From the IMG/VR virus record IMGVR_UViG_2617270967_000019, positions 1 to 19,199 of that record: a stretch of DNA of 19,199 nucleotides; one strand, written 5' to 3'. Of the stretch, positions 7,638-16,305 are shown in pieces (the first letter of the stretch is position 1; the number at the start of each line of letters is the position of its first letter). Source of the stretch: a virus (Duplodnaviria; Heunggongvirae; Uroviricota; Caudoviricetes). The notes below the pieces were generated by a model. It worked only from the letters and a program-made list of their open reading frames with translations. It was not told where the DNA came from and did not search any database. Position numbers and translations under genes: made by a program.

Positions 7638-7996
7638 ACGTTCTCCAGTTCGGTGATTTTTATTCCAAGCCGTCCGCCTGGTACTTTCACACCACGAATT
7701 ACGCGAATGTCATCGAATTGCTCGTCGTCTTCCGCAAATCCGGCGTGGATAAGGGAGTCGAGTAAACCTTTCAGGATGTTATCGAGGTCGCGGCGGCGGG
7801 AGTCTGGAACGTCTGCGATGACTTTGATGCGGAGTCGTGATTTGGTGAAAATGTCTAACTTAAGTTGGCGGATGATTTGCTGAACGTCTTTTCGGTATTT
7901 CTGGCCTTTATCGCTGATGTAGTATTGGCTTCCTCGTCTTCGCCAGTAGGTATTCACCGACGGCGGGTATGGAAGCACAAACTGATATTCGTTCAT
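7634..7996 (-). CDS. rusA: RusA-family Holliday junction resolvase
   Basis: 120 aa; matches the RusA pattern (LPYPPSVNTYWRRRG..., DRRRRDLDN..., GGRLGIKITE) of E. coli DLP12 RusA. Confidence 0.85.
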   Translation of the reverse strand: MNEYQFVLPYPPSVNTYWRRRGSQYYISDKGQKYRKDVQQIIRQLKLDIFTKSRLRIKVIADVPDSRRRDLDNILKGLLDSLIHAGFAEDDEQFDDIRVIRGVKVPGGRLGIKITELENV

Positions 7997-8283
7997 GGCT
8001 TAATCTTTCCCTCCTTCAGCAGTATCGCCTGCGTCCTGATCACGCCTTCGAGGTGGTAAAGTCTGGCGTCTTTGTTGTCGAGGTTATGGGTGCGTCGGTC
8101 GATTTCATCGTGACACGCGCTACAAGCCCATGCACCGATCAGGTCGTCAGGCTTCATTCCCGCTCCGCAAATTCCAGCCATCCGGTAATGTGCCAGAACT
8201 GTAGTTTCAGGATTGCCATTGCATATGCCGTAAATACGTACCTGGCATTCTCTGCCGCGCGCTTCTTTGCGTAGGTTAGCCAT
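7993..8283 (-). CDS. YbcO-like (DUF1364) Cys-rich putative nuclease
   Basis: 96 aa; RGRECQVRIYGICNGNPETTVLAHYR...ACSACHDEIDRR resembles E. coli DLP12 YbcO. ATGA start/stop overlap with rusA. Confidence 0.6.
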   Translation of the reverse strand: MANLRKEARGRECQVRIYGICNGNPETTVLAHYRMAGICGAGMKPDDLIGAWACSACHDEIDRRTHNLDNKDARLYHLEGVIRTQAILLKEGKIKP

Positions 8284-8552
8284 TATGGTTCACTCCAGTA
8301 ATTCTCAATTGCAGCAGCCATTCTCTGCATCCACTCAGCCAGCTTTAACGCGGCTTCTCTTTCAGAACCACATTTAGGGAAATCCTTCATTTCCATGCTG
8401 GCCTTATATGTTCTGAATGCCAGGTCTCCGGTAATAATCAGCTCCTGATCAAGCACCGAGCGTTTATTCCGGTGTTGAACGTAATAGACAGATTCAGTCC
8501 GCATTTCTTCTCTGTCTTTTTTGAAGGAAATAAGCTCAGAGAAATCACTCAT
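8283..8552 (-). CDS. Hypothetical nin-region protein
   Basis: 89-aa ORF, ATG at 8552 overlapping the upstream gene stop, stop overlapping the ybcO-like start; no family recognised. Confidence 0.45.
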   Translation of the reverse strand: MSDFSELISFKKDREEMRTESVYYVQHRNKRSVLDQELIITGDLAFRTYKASMEMKDFPKCGSEREAALKLAEWMQRMAAAIENYWSEP

Positions 8553-8721
8553 CGTCTTCTTCCTCGTACATTGAGCTATTCGGATCGCTCATCAGTTCTG
8601 CGCAGCAGTGCTCACACACGTGAACTTCCAGCACATGCAGCTTCTGACCGCAGTTAGCGCACGTTAATACCCGCTCGACGCTTTCTTTCAGGTATTGAAG
8701 GGATTGAGATGGGCTAAGCAT
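8545..8721 (-). CDS. NinF-like small Cys-rich (zinc-ribbon-like) protein
   Basis: 58 aa (below the ORF-track cutoff), [58 protein letters not shown]; C-x2-C ... C-x2-C-C arrangement with an acidic tail. Start and stop overlap neighbours. Confidence 0.5.
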   Translation of the reverse strand: MLSPSQSLQYLKESVERVLTCANCGQKLHVLEVHVCEHCCAELMSDPNSSMYEEEDDE

Positions 8722-9055
8722 TATTGGCCTCCTGCATCAGGAGAAAGACAATCATGGCGGCGCGGAGAGGTCTGGTATCAAATATTGGGCTTACGCCTTT
8801 TGCATCCACACACCATTCAGTTAACTGGTCTAAGATAGAAATCCTGTATTTCTCAATAATCGGCCATGAAGCGCTCGGATCATTGCAGTAGTCAGGCAAA
8901 TGATTTAATGGCTCAAAAGTTGTATAAGCATTTCCGTAATACCATTTGTTGGTGTTATTCCCTGATGTTTCCGGTTTACTTGCCCAAAGGCCTTTAAAAA
9001 TTATGTCTCCTACCATTCTGTTAATTTCAAAATCACTTAACTGTGAATAATCCAT
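8714..9055 (-). CDS. Hypothetical nin-region protein (possibly NinX/DUF2591-like)
   Basis: 113 aa from the ATG at 9055, which has GAGG 8 nt upstream; the ORF track extends to 9097. Family assignment is a weak recollection only. Confidence 0.45.
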   Translation of the reverse strand: MDYSQLSDFEINRMVGDIIFKGLWASKPETSGNNTNKWYYGNAYTTFEPLNHLPDYCNDPSASWPIIEKYRISILDQLTEWCVDAKGVSPIFDTRPLRAAMIVFLLMQEANNA

Positions 9056-9081
9056 TGTCATTTCCTCGCACGATATCTTAG

Positions 9082-9234
9082 CTACCGGATATCCCACAGG
9101 TGAGCTGTGTAATTGAAGGTTTTTACGTCAGATTCTTTTGGGATTGGCTTGCGTTTATTTCTGGAGCGTTTCGTTGGAAGGTATTTGCAGTTTTCGCAGA
9201 TGATGTCGGTGAAACTTCGTCGCTGTCGCCTCAT
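9082..9234 (-). CDS. Small basic nin-region protein (NinD/NinE-like)
   Basis: 50 aa from the ATG at 9234 ([50 protein letters not shown]); ATGA overlap with the upstream methylase stop. Confidence 0.5.
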   Translation of the reverse strand: MRRQRRSFTDIICENCKYLPTKRSRNKRKPIPKESDVKTFNYTAHLWDIR

Positions 9235-9759
9235 GCCGCCCTCCTGACGCCCTGCCCGATCGCCATCAATGCCGCTTTGGATACGGTAGTAAACATCCGT
9301 CGAGGACTGATGAACGGTCGCCAAATCAGCAGCATGGAGCCTTTGCTGTTTCCCTTCTTCTCCAGCCCTGTCGATGGTTCGATAAAATTAATCCGTCCAT
9401 CAGTGATAATGCGAACTTCGTCGACACTCTCCAGAGCCTTGCTGAACCATCCGACTGACATATCCTCTGGCACAAGCATAACTACCGTCTGTCGCTGTTG
9501 TATGCACTGCTCAGCGGCTTTTTCCACCCACGGCCTGATATTGCTGTACGGTGGGTTATTCCAGATTGCACCGTGGCTTATCCACTCAGAATTTAGCGCG
9601 TCGTCGGCCTCAGTTAACCAGTGAGCGCACAGAGCATTTTTTGTCGCTCGCTGCCGAATCCAGCCAGAATCCAAACTCAATATCCAGTGCATCAAAAAGC
9701 CAAAGCGGCGTTTGCCAGCAGTCCTTGTCGTGTGCTGGCGTATTTGATTTGATAGTCAT
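9231..9759 (-). pseudogene. Phage Dam-type DNA N6-adenine methyltransferase, split by a frameshift at a 6-nt homopolymer
   Basis: N-terminal frame (ATG 9759, ...CWQTPLWLFDALDIEFGFWLDSAASDKK) stops at 9610; C-terminal frame (9231-9695) carries IWNNPPYSN, the (D/N)PPY motif. The frames switch at the T6 run at 9637-9642 (A6 in the coding sense); one fewer A would give a continuous protein of about 175 aa. ATGA overlap with ninB. Confidence 0.6.
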
Positions 9760-10196
9760 GCAGCCCGATCTCCCCATCGCGCTTTCCATTCGAGAGCCAG
9801 TCGCGCTTCGTCTGACCACTTAACGCCACGCTCTGTACCGAATGCCTGTATAAGCTCTAATAGCTCCGCAAATTCGTTTACACGCATCCTGCTGGTTGAC
9901 TGGCCTATTACCACAAAGCCATTCCCGGCAAGGTTAGGAACAACATCCTGCTGCTTTAATGCTGCGGTAAACACACACTTCCAGCTTTCTGCATCCAGCC
10001 AGCGACCATGCCATTCAACCTGACGAGAGACGTCACCAAGGCAAGCCCAAAGCTTTCGATTCTGGTCTAAGCTGCGGTTGCGTTCCTGAATGGTTACTAC
10101 GATTGGTTTGGTTGGGTCTGGAAGAATTTGCTGTACCGCGTGAATAGCGTTTTGCTGATGTGCTGGAGATCGAATTTCAAAGGTTAGTTTTTTCAT
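9756..10196 (-). CDS. ninB: NinB (Orf) recombination mediator
   Basis: 146 aa from MKKLTFEIRSPAHQQNAIHAVQQILPDPTKPIVVTIQERNRSLDQNRKLWACLGDV..., recognised as lambda NinB. Confidence 0.9.
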   Translation of the reverse strand: MKKLTFEIRSPAHQQNAIHAVQQILPDPTKPIVVTIQERNRSLDQNRKLWACLGDVSRQVEWHGRWLDAESWKCVFTAALKQQDVVPNLAGNGFVVIGQSTSRMRVNEFAELLELIQAFGTERGVKWSDEARLALEWKARWGDRAA

Positions 10197-10211
10197 GACT
10201 TCCCTCTCCCC

Positions 10212-10244
10212 CAAATAAAAAGGCCTGCGATTACCAGCAGGCCT
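10212..10244 (-). terminator. Rho-independent terminator between ren and ninB (lambda tR2 position)
   Basis: Minus strand AGGCCTGC-TGGTAATC-GCAGGCCT (8-bp stem) followed by TTTTTATTT. Confidence 0.5.
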
Positions 10245-10269
10245 GTTATTAGCTCAGTGATGTAGATGG

Positions 10270-10560
10270 TCATCTTTTAACTCCATATACTGCCAATACC
10301 CGTTTCATCGCGGCACTCTGGCGACACTCCTTAAAAATCAGGTTCGTGCTCATCTTTCCTTCCCGTTCTTCCCTGGTAGCAAATCGGTAATACACCGTTC
10401 GCCAGACCTTACCTTCGATAACCAGAAGACCTGCCCGTGCCATTTTAGCCGCGGCCTGATTTATGCTGGTTACTGTTGCGCCTGTTAGCGCGGCAACGTC
10501 CGGCGCACAGAAGCTATTATGCGTCCCCAGGTAATGAATAATTGCCTCTTTGCCCGTCAT
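10270..10560 (-). CDS. ren: Ren (Rex exclusion resistance) protein
   Basis: 96 aa, MTGKEAIIHYLGTHNSFCAPDVAALTGATVTSINQAAAKMARAGLLVIEGK..., recognised as lambda Ren. Confidence 0.9.
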   Translation of the reverse strand: MTGKEAIIHYLGTHNSFCAPDVAALTGATVTSINQAAAKMARAGLLVIEGKVWRTVYYRFATREEREGKMSTNLIFKECRQSAAMKRVLAVYGVKR

Positions 10561-11258
10561 ACACTTGCTCCTTTCAGTCCGAACTTAGCTTTGATTTCTG
10601 CGATCTTCGCCAGAGCCTGTGCACGATTTAGAGGTCTACCGCCCATGACAGGAAGTTGTTTTACTGGTTCAGGGATCGCCTCACCACGGTTAATTCTCGC
10701 AGTCATATGGACAAGCTCATCTGCGGCCTTACGGCGTAATTCCGCATCAGTAAGCGCATTGGCCCGCATGTTCTGATACAGGTTGGTAACCAGCCAGTAG
10801 TGCGCGTTTGATTTCCACGGATAAGACTCCGCATCCGGATACAGGCCTCGCTTCCGGCAATACTCGTAAACCATATCAACCAGCTCGCTGACGTTTGGCA
10901 GTCCGGCGGTAACGGATGCTTCTTCCCGGCACCATGCAACAAACTGCCCGGGTGATGGCAGAAATGGTCGATTCTGCCGACGGGCTACGCGCATTCCTGC
11001 GTTAACCTGTTCCATCGTGGTGATCCCGTTTTCCCGAAAAGCCAGAACCCACTGGCGACGGATTTCGTTCACTTCGTTCTGGTCACGGTTAGCCAGGCTC
11101 GCCGGGAAAGTTGCCAGTAACTGGCTGAACACACCGTTGATGATCTGCGCTACCTGCTGTACCTGCGGCTTTTCGTCGTACTGTTCCGGCATGTTGTTGG
11201 CGATCCGACGCATCTGCTCACGGTCAAAGTTAACCATCTGTGCGGCGATGTTTTTCAT
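10557..11258 (-). CDS. P: Replication protein P (DnaB helicase loader)
   Basis: 233 aa, MKNIAAQMVNFDREQMRRIANNMPEQYDEKPQVQQVAQIINGVFSQ..., recognised as lambda P. Confidence 0.95.
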   Translation of the reverse strand: MKNIAAQMVNFDREQMRRIANNMPEQYDEKPQVQQVAQIINGVFSQLLATFPASLANRDQNEVNEIRRQWVLAFRENGITTMEQVNAGMRVARRQNRPFLPSPGQFVAWCREEASVTAGLPNVSELVDMVYEYCRKRGLYPDAESYPWKSNAHYWLVTNLYQNMRANALTDAELRRKAADELVHMTARINRGEAIPEPVKQLPVMGGRPLNRAQALAKIAEIKAKFGLKGASV

Positions 11259-12154
11259 AGATCCACCCCGTAAATCCAGTCTGTGTTTGTCAGGTCGAGT
11301 TTTGGTTTGCTGGCTGTCATGCCTGCCTGTTGCTTGTTACGGTTGATTTCGAGTTGGGTCCACTTATCGCGGAGTTTGGCCGGGCTCAGCACGTTACCGG
11401 ACCAGAAGTTGTCCTGGCATGCCCAGCGGAACAGCACGCACATGTCACGGTGGTTACGTCCGTCACGTTCACGCATCAGGCGGATATCGTTAGCCCACCC
11501 AGCAAAATTCGGTTTTCTGGCTGATGGTGCGATAGTCTTCACCATGTCAAACATCCACTCTGCGGCGGTCAGGTCTTCTGCTGTCCCCCACTTGCTGCCG
11601 CTCTGAATTGCAGCATCCGGTTTCACCACAGAAAGGTCGTTTTCTGGCTGGTCAGAGGATTCGCCAGAATTCTCTGACGAATAATCTTTTCTTTTTTCTT
11701 TTGTAATAGTGTCTTTTGTGTCCCCCTGTTTTGAGGGATAGCAATCCCCCAATTTGAGGGATGTTTTATCCCTCGTTTTAGGGGATTTTCCCTCGTTTTG
11801 AGGGATGCACCATTCTGAGATGTTTTTATTTGGTCCAAACATGCCGCCTTGCTGCTTGATAATATTCATTCTGACGAGTTCTAACTTGGCTTCATTGCAC
11901 CGTTTGACGGGTAACTTTGTAATCTCGCTAAGTTGAGAATCGGTGATTCTGTCCATTGGTTTATTCCACCCATAGGTTTTACGCAGAATGGCAAGCAGCA
12001 CTTTAAACTGTCGCTTGGTCAGATCTGCGCCCGAATAAGCCTCAAGCAGCATATTTGATAGTCTGGCGTAACCATCATCGAGATCTGCCACATTACGCTC
12101 CTGTCCGGCAAAGTTACCTCTGCCGAAGTTGAGTATTTTTGCTGTATTTGTCAT
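11255..12154 (-). CDS. O: Replication initiator O
   Basis: 299 aa, MTNTAKILNFGRGNFAGQERNVADLDDGYARLSNMLLEAYSG..., recognised as lambda O; contains the ori iterons. Confidence 0.95.
   Translation of the reverse strand: MTNTAKILNFGRGNFAGQERNVADLDDGYARLSNMLLEAYSGADLTKRQFKVLLAILRKTYGWNKPMDRITDSQLSEITKLPVKRCNEAKLELVRMNIIKQQGGMFGPNKNISEWCIPQNEGKSPKTRDKTSLKLGDCYPSKQGDTKDTITKEKRKDYSSENSGESSDQPENDLSVVKPDAAIQSGSKWGTAEDLTAAEWMFDMVKTIAPSARKPNFAGWANDIRLMRERDGRNHRDMCVLFRWACQDNFWSGNVLSPAKLRDKWTQLEINRNKQQAGMTASKPKLDLTNTDWIYGVDL
11670..11808. repeat. ori-lambda: four O-binding iterons plus adjacent AT-rich region, inside the O gene
   Basis: Top strand 11721-11806 carries four repeats of the pattern (t)cccc/tc...ttttgaggga (tccccctgttttgaggga, tcccccaatttgaggga, tccctcgttttagggga, tccctcgttttgaggga); AT-rich stretch aatctttcttttttcttttgtaatagtgtc at about 11684-11713. 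Confidence 0.8.
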
Positions 12155-12164
12155 AATGACTCCT

Positions 12165-12241
12165 GTTGATAGATCCAGTAATGACCTCAGAACTCCATCT
12201 GGATTTGTTCAGAACGCTCGGTTGCCGCCGGGCGTTTTTTA
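12165..12241 (+). ncRNA. oop: oop antisense RNA (promoter pO upstream)
   Basis: GTTGATAGATCCAGTAATGACCTCAGAACTCCATCTGGATTTGTTCAGAACGCTCGGTTGCCGCCGGGCGTTTTTTATT recognised as lambda oop RNA ending in a hairpin plus U-tract; candidate -10 CATAAT at 12152-12157 and -35 TTGAGT at 12129-12134. Antisense to the cII 3' end. Confidence 0.7.
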
Positions 12242-12480
12242 TTGGTGAGAATCGCAGCAACTTGTCGCGCCAATCGAGCCATGTCGTCGTCAACGACCCC
12301 CCATTCAAGAACAGCAAGCAGCATTGAGAACTTTGGAATCCAGTCCCTCTTCCACCTGCTGATCTGCGACTTATCAACGCCCACAGCTTCCGCTGTCTTC
12401 TCAGTTCCAAGCATTGCGATTTTGTTAAGCAACGCACTCTCGATTCGTAGAGCCTCGTTGCGTTTGTTTGCACGAACCAT
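12187..12480 (-). CDS. cII: Transcriptional activator CII
   Basis: 97 aa from MVRANKRNEALRIESALLNKIAMLGTEKTAEAVGVDKSQISRWKRDWIPKFSMLLAVLEWGVVDDDMARLARQVAAILTNKKRPAATERSEQIQMEF, recognised as lambda CII; the ORF track extends the frame upstream. Confidence 0.95.
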   Translation of the reverse strand: MVRANKRNEALRIESALLNKIAMLGTEKTAEAVGVDKSQISRWKRDWIPKFSMLLAVLEWGVVDDDMARLARQVAAILTNKKRPAATERSEQIQMEF

Positions 12481-12490
12481 ATGTAAGTAT
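12458..12490 (+). promoter_or_regulatory. pRE (CII-activated promoter) with TTGC-N6-TTGC CII-binding repeats
   Basis: TTGCGTTTGTTTGC at 12458-12471 and candidate -10 AAGTAT at 12485-12490, directed toward cI, overlapping the cII start as in lambda. Confidence 0.6.
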
Positions 12491-12591
12491 TTCCTTAGAT
12501 AACAATTGATTGAATGTATGCAAATAAATGCATACACCATAGGTGTGGTTTAATTTGATGCCCTTTTTCAGGGCTGGGATGTGTAAGAGCG
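12490..12591 (-). promoter_or_regulatory. nutR (boxA and boxB) and tR1 region between cro and cII
   Basis: Minus-strand boxA CGCTCTTA (12591-12584) and boxB hairpin GCCCTGAAAAAGGGC (12574-12560), followed by sequence recognised as the lambda tR1 region. Confidence 0.75.
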
Positions 12592-12599
12592 GGAATGTC

Positions 12600-13955
<1,356 letters not shown>

Positions 13956-14005
13956 TCCCCACCTCAATCTCGATAACCAAAAAACAAACTATTTTCCGTT
14001 TAAAA

Positions 14006-14079
14006 ACAATGGAGTTTGTTTTTCATGCCCCTTTCTTACAATATTTCTTGTTTACAACATACAATCTTTTTTGTAATTT
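14006..14079 (+). promoter_or_regulatory. Left operator (three 434-type operators) with candidate pL
   Basis: acaatggagtttgt (14006-14019), acaatatttcttgt (14038-14051), acaatcttttttgt (14061-14074). Candidate -35 TTTACA (14051-14056) and -10 TAATTT (14074-14079) directed toward N; promoter hexamers are tentative. Confidence 0.65.
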
Positions 14080-14119
14080 TAAACCATCAGCAGGACGCAC
14101 TGACCACCATTGAAGGTGA

Positions 14120-14150
14120 TGCTCTTAAAAATTAAGCCCTGAAGAAGGGC
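14120..14150 (+). promoter_or_regulatory. nutL (boxA and boxB)
   Basis: TGCTCTTAAAAATTAA then boxB hairpin GCCCTGAAGAAGGGC (14136-14150), as in lambda nutL. Confidence 0.8.
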
Positions 14151-14308
14151 AGCATTCAAAGCAGAAGGCTTTGGGGTGTGTGATACGAAACGAAGCATTG
14201 GCCGGAAGTGCGAATCCGGATTAGCTGCAAATGAGCCAATCGTGGGGTGTTTTCGTTCAGGACTACGACTCACACACACCACCAAAGCTAACTGACAAGA
14301 GAATCCAG

Positions 14309-14632
14309 ATGGATGCACAAACACGCCGCCGCGAACGTCGCGCAGAGAAACAGGCTCAATGGAAAGCAGCAAATCCCCTGTTGGTTGGGGTAAGCGCAAA
14401 ACCAGTTAACCGCCCTATTCTCTCGCTGAATCGCAAACCGAAATCACGAGTAGAAAGCGCACTGAATCCGATAGACCTTACGGTGCTGGCTGAATACCAC
14501 GAACAGATTGAAAGCAACCTGCAACGTATTGAGCGCAAGAATCTTCGAGTTTGGTATAGCAAGCCAAGTGAGTTCGGTATAACTTGTCAAGGAAGACAAA
14601 AGGTTAAAGGGAAATCCATTCCATTGGCATGA
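14309..14632 (+). CDS. N: Antiterminator N (lambda-type, with several C-terminal substitutions)
   Basis: 107 aa from MDAQTRRRERRAEKQAQWKAANPLLVGVSAKPVNRPILSLNRKPKSRVESALNPIDLTVLAEY..., recognised as lambda N with its Arg-rich motif; the C-terminal third differs at several positions from my recollection of lambda N. The ORF track starts at an upstream codon. Confidence 0.9.
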   Translation: MDAQTRRRERRAEKQAQWKAANPLLVGVSAKPVNRPILSLNRKPKSRVESALNPIDLTVLAEYHEQIESNLQRIERKNLRVWYSKPSEFGITCQGRQKVKGKSIPLA

Positions 14633-14640
14633 GGTACGTA

Positions 14641-14721
14641 ATGAAGAAAATTGATTACAAGTCCATACCAAAACCAATAGACTCAGCATCAGAGCGAAAA
14701 AAAACACAAAAAAGAGGCTGA
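14641..14721 (+). CDS. Possible 26-aa basic peptide immediately downstream of N
   Basis: ATG at 14641 with GAGG 6 nt upstream; MKKIDYKSIPKPIDSASERKKTQKRG. Contains an A8 run (14697-14704) and an A6 run (14708-14713). May be non-coding. Confidence 0.25.
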   Translation: MKKIDYKSIPKPIDSASERKKTQKRG

Positions 14722-14830
14722 AAAATTAGCAAATTATATCAGTTTTATTAGAAACAATGCTCACGGCGATGGCGACAGGAAGTTGCTTTCAGATGCCCGG
14801 ACCCAAGCGTTCAGCATACTTCGTAAGCAG

Positions 14831-15511
14831 ATGCAATATCGTCTTCATCCAGGCTACATAATTGAAATTCGCCCGACTGAAAGACAATTGTTCTTATTAA
14901 ACTCTGTCTTTGACTTTGTAAACGTAGTTGGAGATCTTATCGACAGGTCTGTAGATAAGGCTCCTGATACAAATAGTTTTCTTCTAACAAATAAAGAATA
15001 CTTATATGGTAAATTTGGTATAAACGGATGGCAAAAATATGTACGATTCTTACGTGCATTCGTTGATGCGAATAAAAATTCCGACATGATTTATACATAT
15101 TTGCCTGGTGGTAATAATTGTACGCTTTCGGCAGACAATAGAATATTCATACCTATACTTGGTCTTGGGCTGATTAATGCAGTAAATGAAAGAGATGTTA
15201 TAATTGTTAAGCAGTGGCGAAAGCATGAGGGATATAGATATCTGCCATGCTTTGATATATTAAAAATACAGAATAAATTCTATGTAAAAATTAAATATAA
15301 AGAAGATGTTTTCTTCCTCAGAAAAAACAAAGATCTTTTACAAGAACTTTCTGGGACAATAGATGTCATCGTAGGTTCTAGGTTTATAAAAGAACTGAAA
15401 GAAAGCAGGTCTTTCTCTCGTGTAGAGATAAGCGAGTCAGAGTTATGGGGTATATCAAATAATCCTGTAAACCACGCTCACCAACGAAATCCAAACAAAA
15501 AGTGGTCATAA
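14831..15511 (+). CDS. AT-rich accessory protein (moron) in the N-ea10 interval, function unknown
   Basis: First in-frame ATG at 14831 (226 aa); the frame is open from 14681 and the ORF track uses TTG at 14783 (242 aa). Markedly AT-rich versus flanking N and ea10 (by inspection). No TM segment or motif recognised. Followed directly by a hairpin terminator. Confidence 0.6.
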   Translation: MQYRLHPGYIIEIRPTERQLFLLNSVFDFVNVVGDLIDRSVDKAPDTNSFLLTNKEYLYGKFGINGWQKYVRFLRAFVDANKNSDMIYTYLPGGNNCTLSADNRIFIPILGLGLINAVNERDVIIVKQWRKHEGYRYLPCFDILKIQNKFYVKIKYKEDVFFLRKNKDLLQELSGTIDVIVGSRFIKELKESRSFSRVEISESELWGISNNPVNHAHQRNPNKKWS

Positions 15512-15534
15512 CCCGCTCAGGCGGGTTTCATTTT
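15512..15534 (+). terminator. Hairpin terminator immediately after the accessory gene
   Basis: CCCGC-TCAG-GCGGG followed by TTTCATTTT, starting 1 nt after the TAA at 15509-15511. Confidence 0.45.
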
Positions 15535-15653
15535 CACGCAAACAACAGAATAAACACTGCACTGTGTATTCATTCCAACGAGTGAATACACGGAGCAATG
15601 TCGCTCGTAACTAAACAGGAGTCGACTTGTTCTGATTATTGGAAATCTTCTTT

Positions 15654-15681
15654 GCCCTCCAGTGTGAGGGCGATTTTTTAT
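15654..15681 (+). terminator. Rho-independent terminator upstream of ea10
   Basis: GCCCTC-CAGTGT-GAGGGC followed by GATTTTTTAT. Confidence 0.5.
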
Positions 15682-15699
15682 CTGTGAGGATATGAACAG

Positions 15700-16068
15700 A
15701 TGTCAAACATCAAAAAATACATCATTGATTACGACTGGAAAGCATCAATAGAAATTGAAATCGACCATGACGTAATGACAGAGGAAAAACTTCACCAGAT
15801 TAATAATTTCTGGTCAGACTCTGAATACCGACTCAATAAACACGGCTCTGTATTAAATGCTGTATTAATCATGCTGGCGCAACATGCTCTGCTTATAGCA
15901 ATTTCAAGCGACTTAAATGCATATGGTGTTGTGTGTGAGTTCGACTGGAATGATGGAAATGGTCAGGAAGGATGGCCTCCAATGGATGGTAGCGAAGGAA
16001 TAAGAATTACCGATATCGATACATCAGGAATATTTGATCCAGATGATATGACTATCAAAGCCGCCTGA
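15700..16068 (+). CDS. ea10: Ea10 (single-strand DNA-binding-like early protein)
   Basis: 122 aa, MSNIKKYIIDYDWKASIEIEIDHDVMTEEKLHQINNFWSDSEYRLNKHG..., recognised as lambda Ea10; GAGGA RBS. Confidence 0.9.
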   Translation: MSNIKKYIIDYDWKASIEIEIDHDVMTEEKLHQINNFWSDSEYRLNKHGSVLNAVLIMLAQHALLIAISSDLNAYGVVCEFDWNDGNGQEGWPPMDGSEGIRITDIDTSGIFDPDDMTIKAA

Positions 16069-16093
16069 GCGCGGCGTTACCGCATACCAATAA

Positions 16094-16114
16094 CGCTTCA
16101 CTCGAGGCGTTTTT
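16094..16114 (+). terminator. Possible terminator hairpin between ea10 and cIII
   Basis: CGCTTC-ACTC-GAGGCG (6-bp stem with one G-U pair) followed by TTTTT. Confidence 0.4.
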
Positions 16115-16140
16115 CGTTATGTATAAATAAGGAGCACACC

Positions 16141-16305
16141 ATGCAATATGCCATTGCAGGGTGGCCTGTTGCTGGCTGCCCTTCCGAATCTTTACTTGAA
16201 CGAATCACCCGTAAATTACGTGACGGATGGAAACGCCTTATCGACATACTTAATCAGCCAGGAGTCCCAAAAAATGGATCAAACACTTATGGCTATCCAG
16301 ACTAA
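16141..16305 (+). CDS. cIII: CIII (FtsH inhibitor)
   Basis: 54 aa, [54 protein letters not shown], recognised as lambda CIII; AAGGAG RBS. Confidence 0.9.
   Translation: MQYAIAGWPVAGCPSESLLERITRKLRDGWKRLIDILNQPGVPKNGSNTYGYPD

Noticed and set aside
10703-11346. ORFs 10703-10942 (-) and 11017-11346 (+) within P and O
   Set aside because: Alternative-frame or antisense ORFs inside recognisable P and O genes.
11721-11806. Short direct repeats that might suggest a CRISPR array
   Set aside because: They are the four O-binding iterons of ori-lambda inside the O gene: about 18-bp units without unique spacers and no cas genes nearby.
14079-14399. 106-aa minus-strand ORF
   Set aside because: Overlaps nutL and the N start on the opposite strand; spurious.
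14783-15511. Possibility that the accessory gene is simply lambda sieB
   Set aside because: Not confirmed: I do not recognise the translation as SieB, and it lacks a downstream ral. I cannot exclude distant homology without a search, so it is kept as a finding rather than annotated as sieB.
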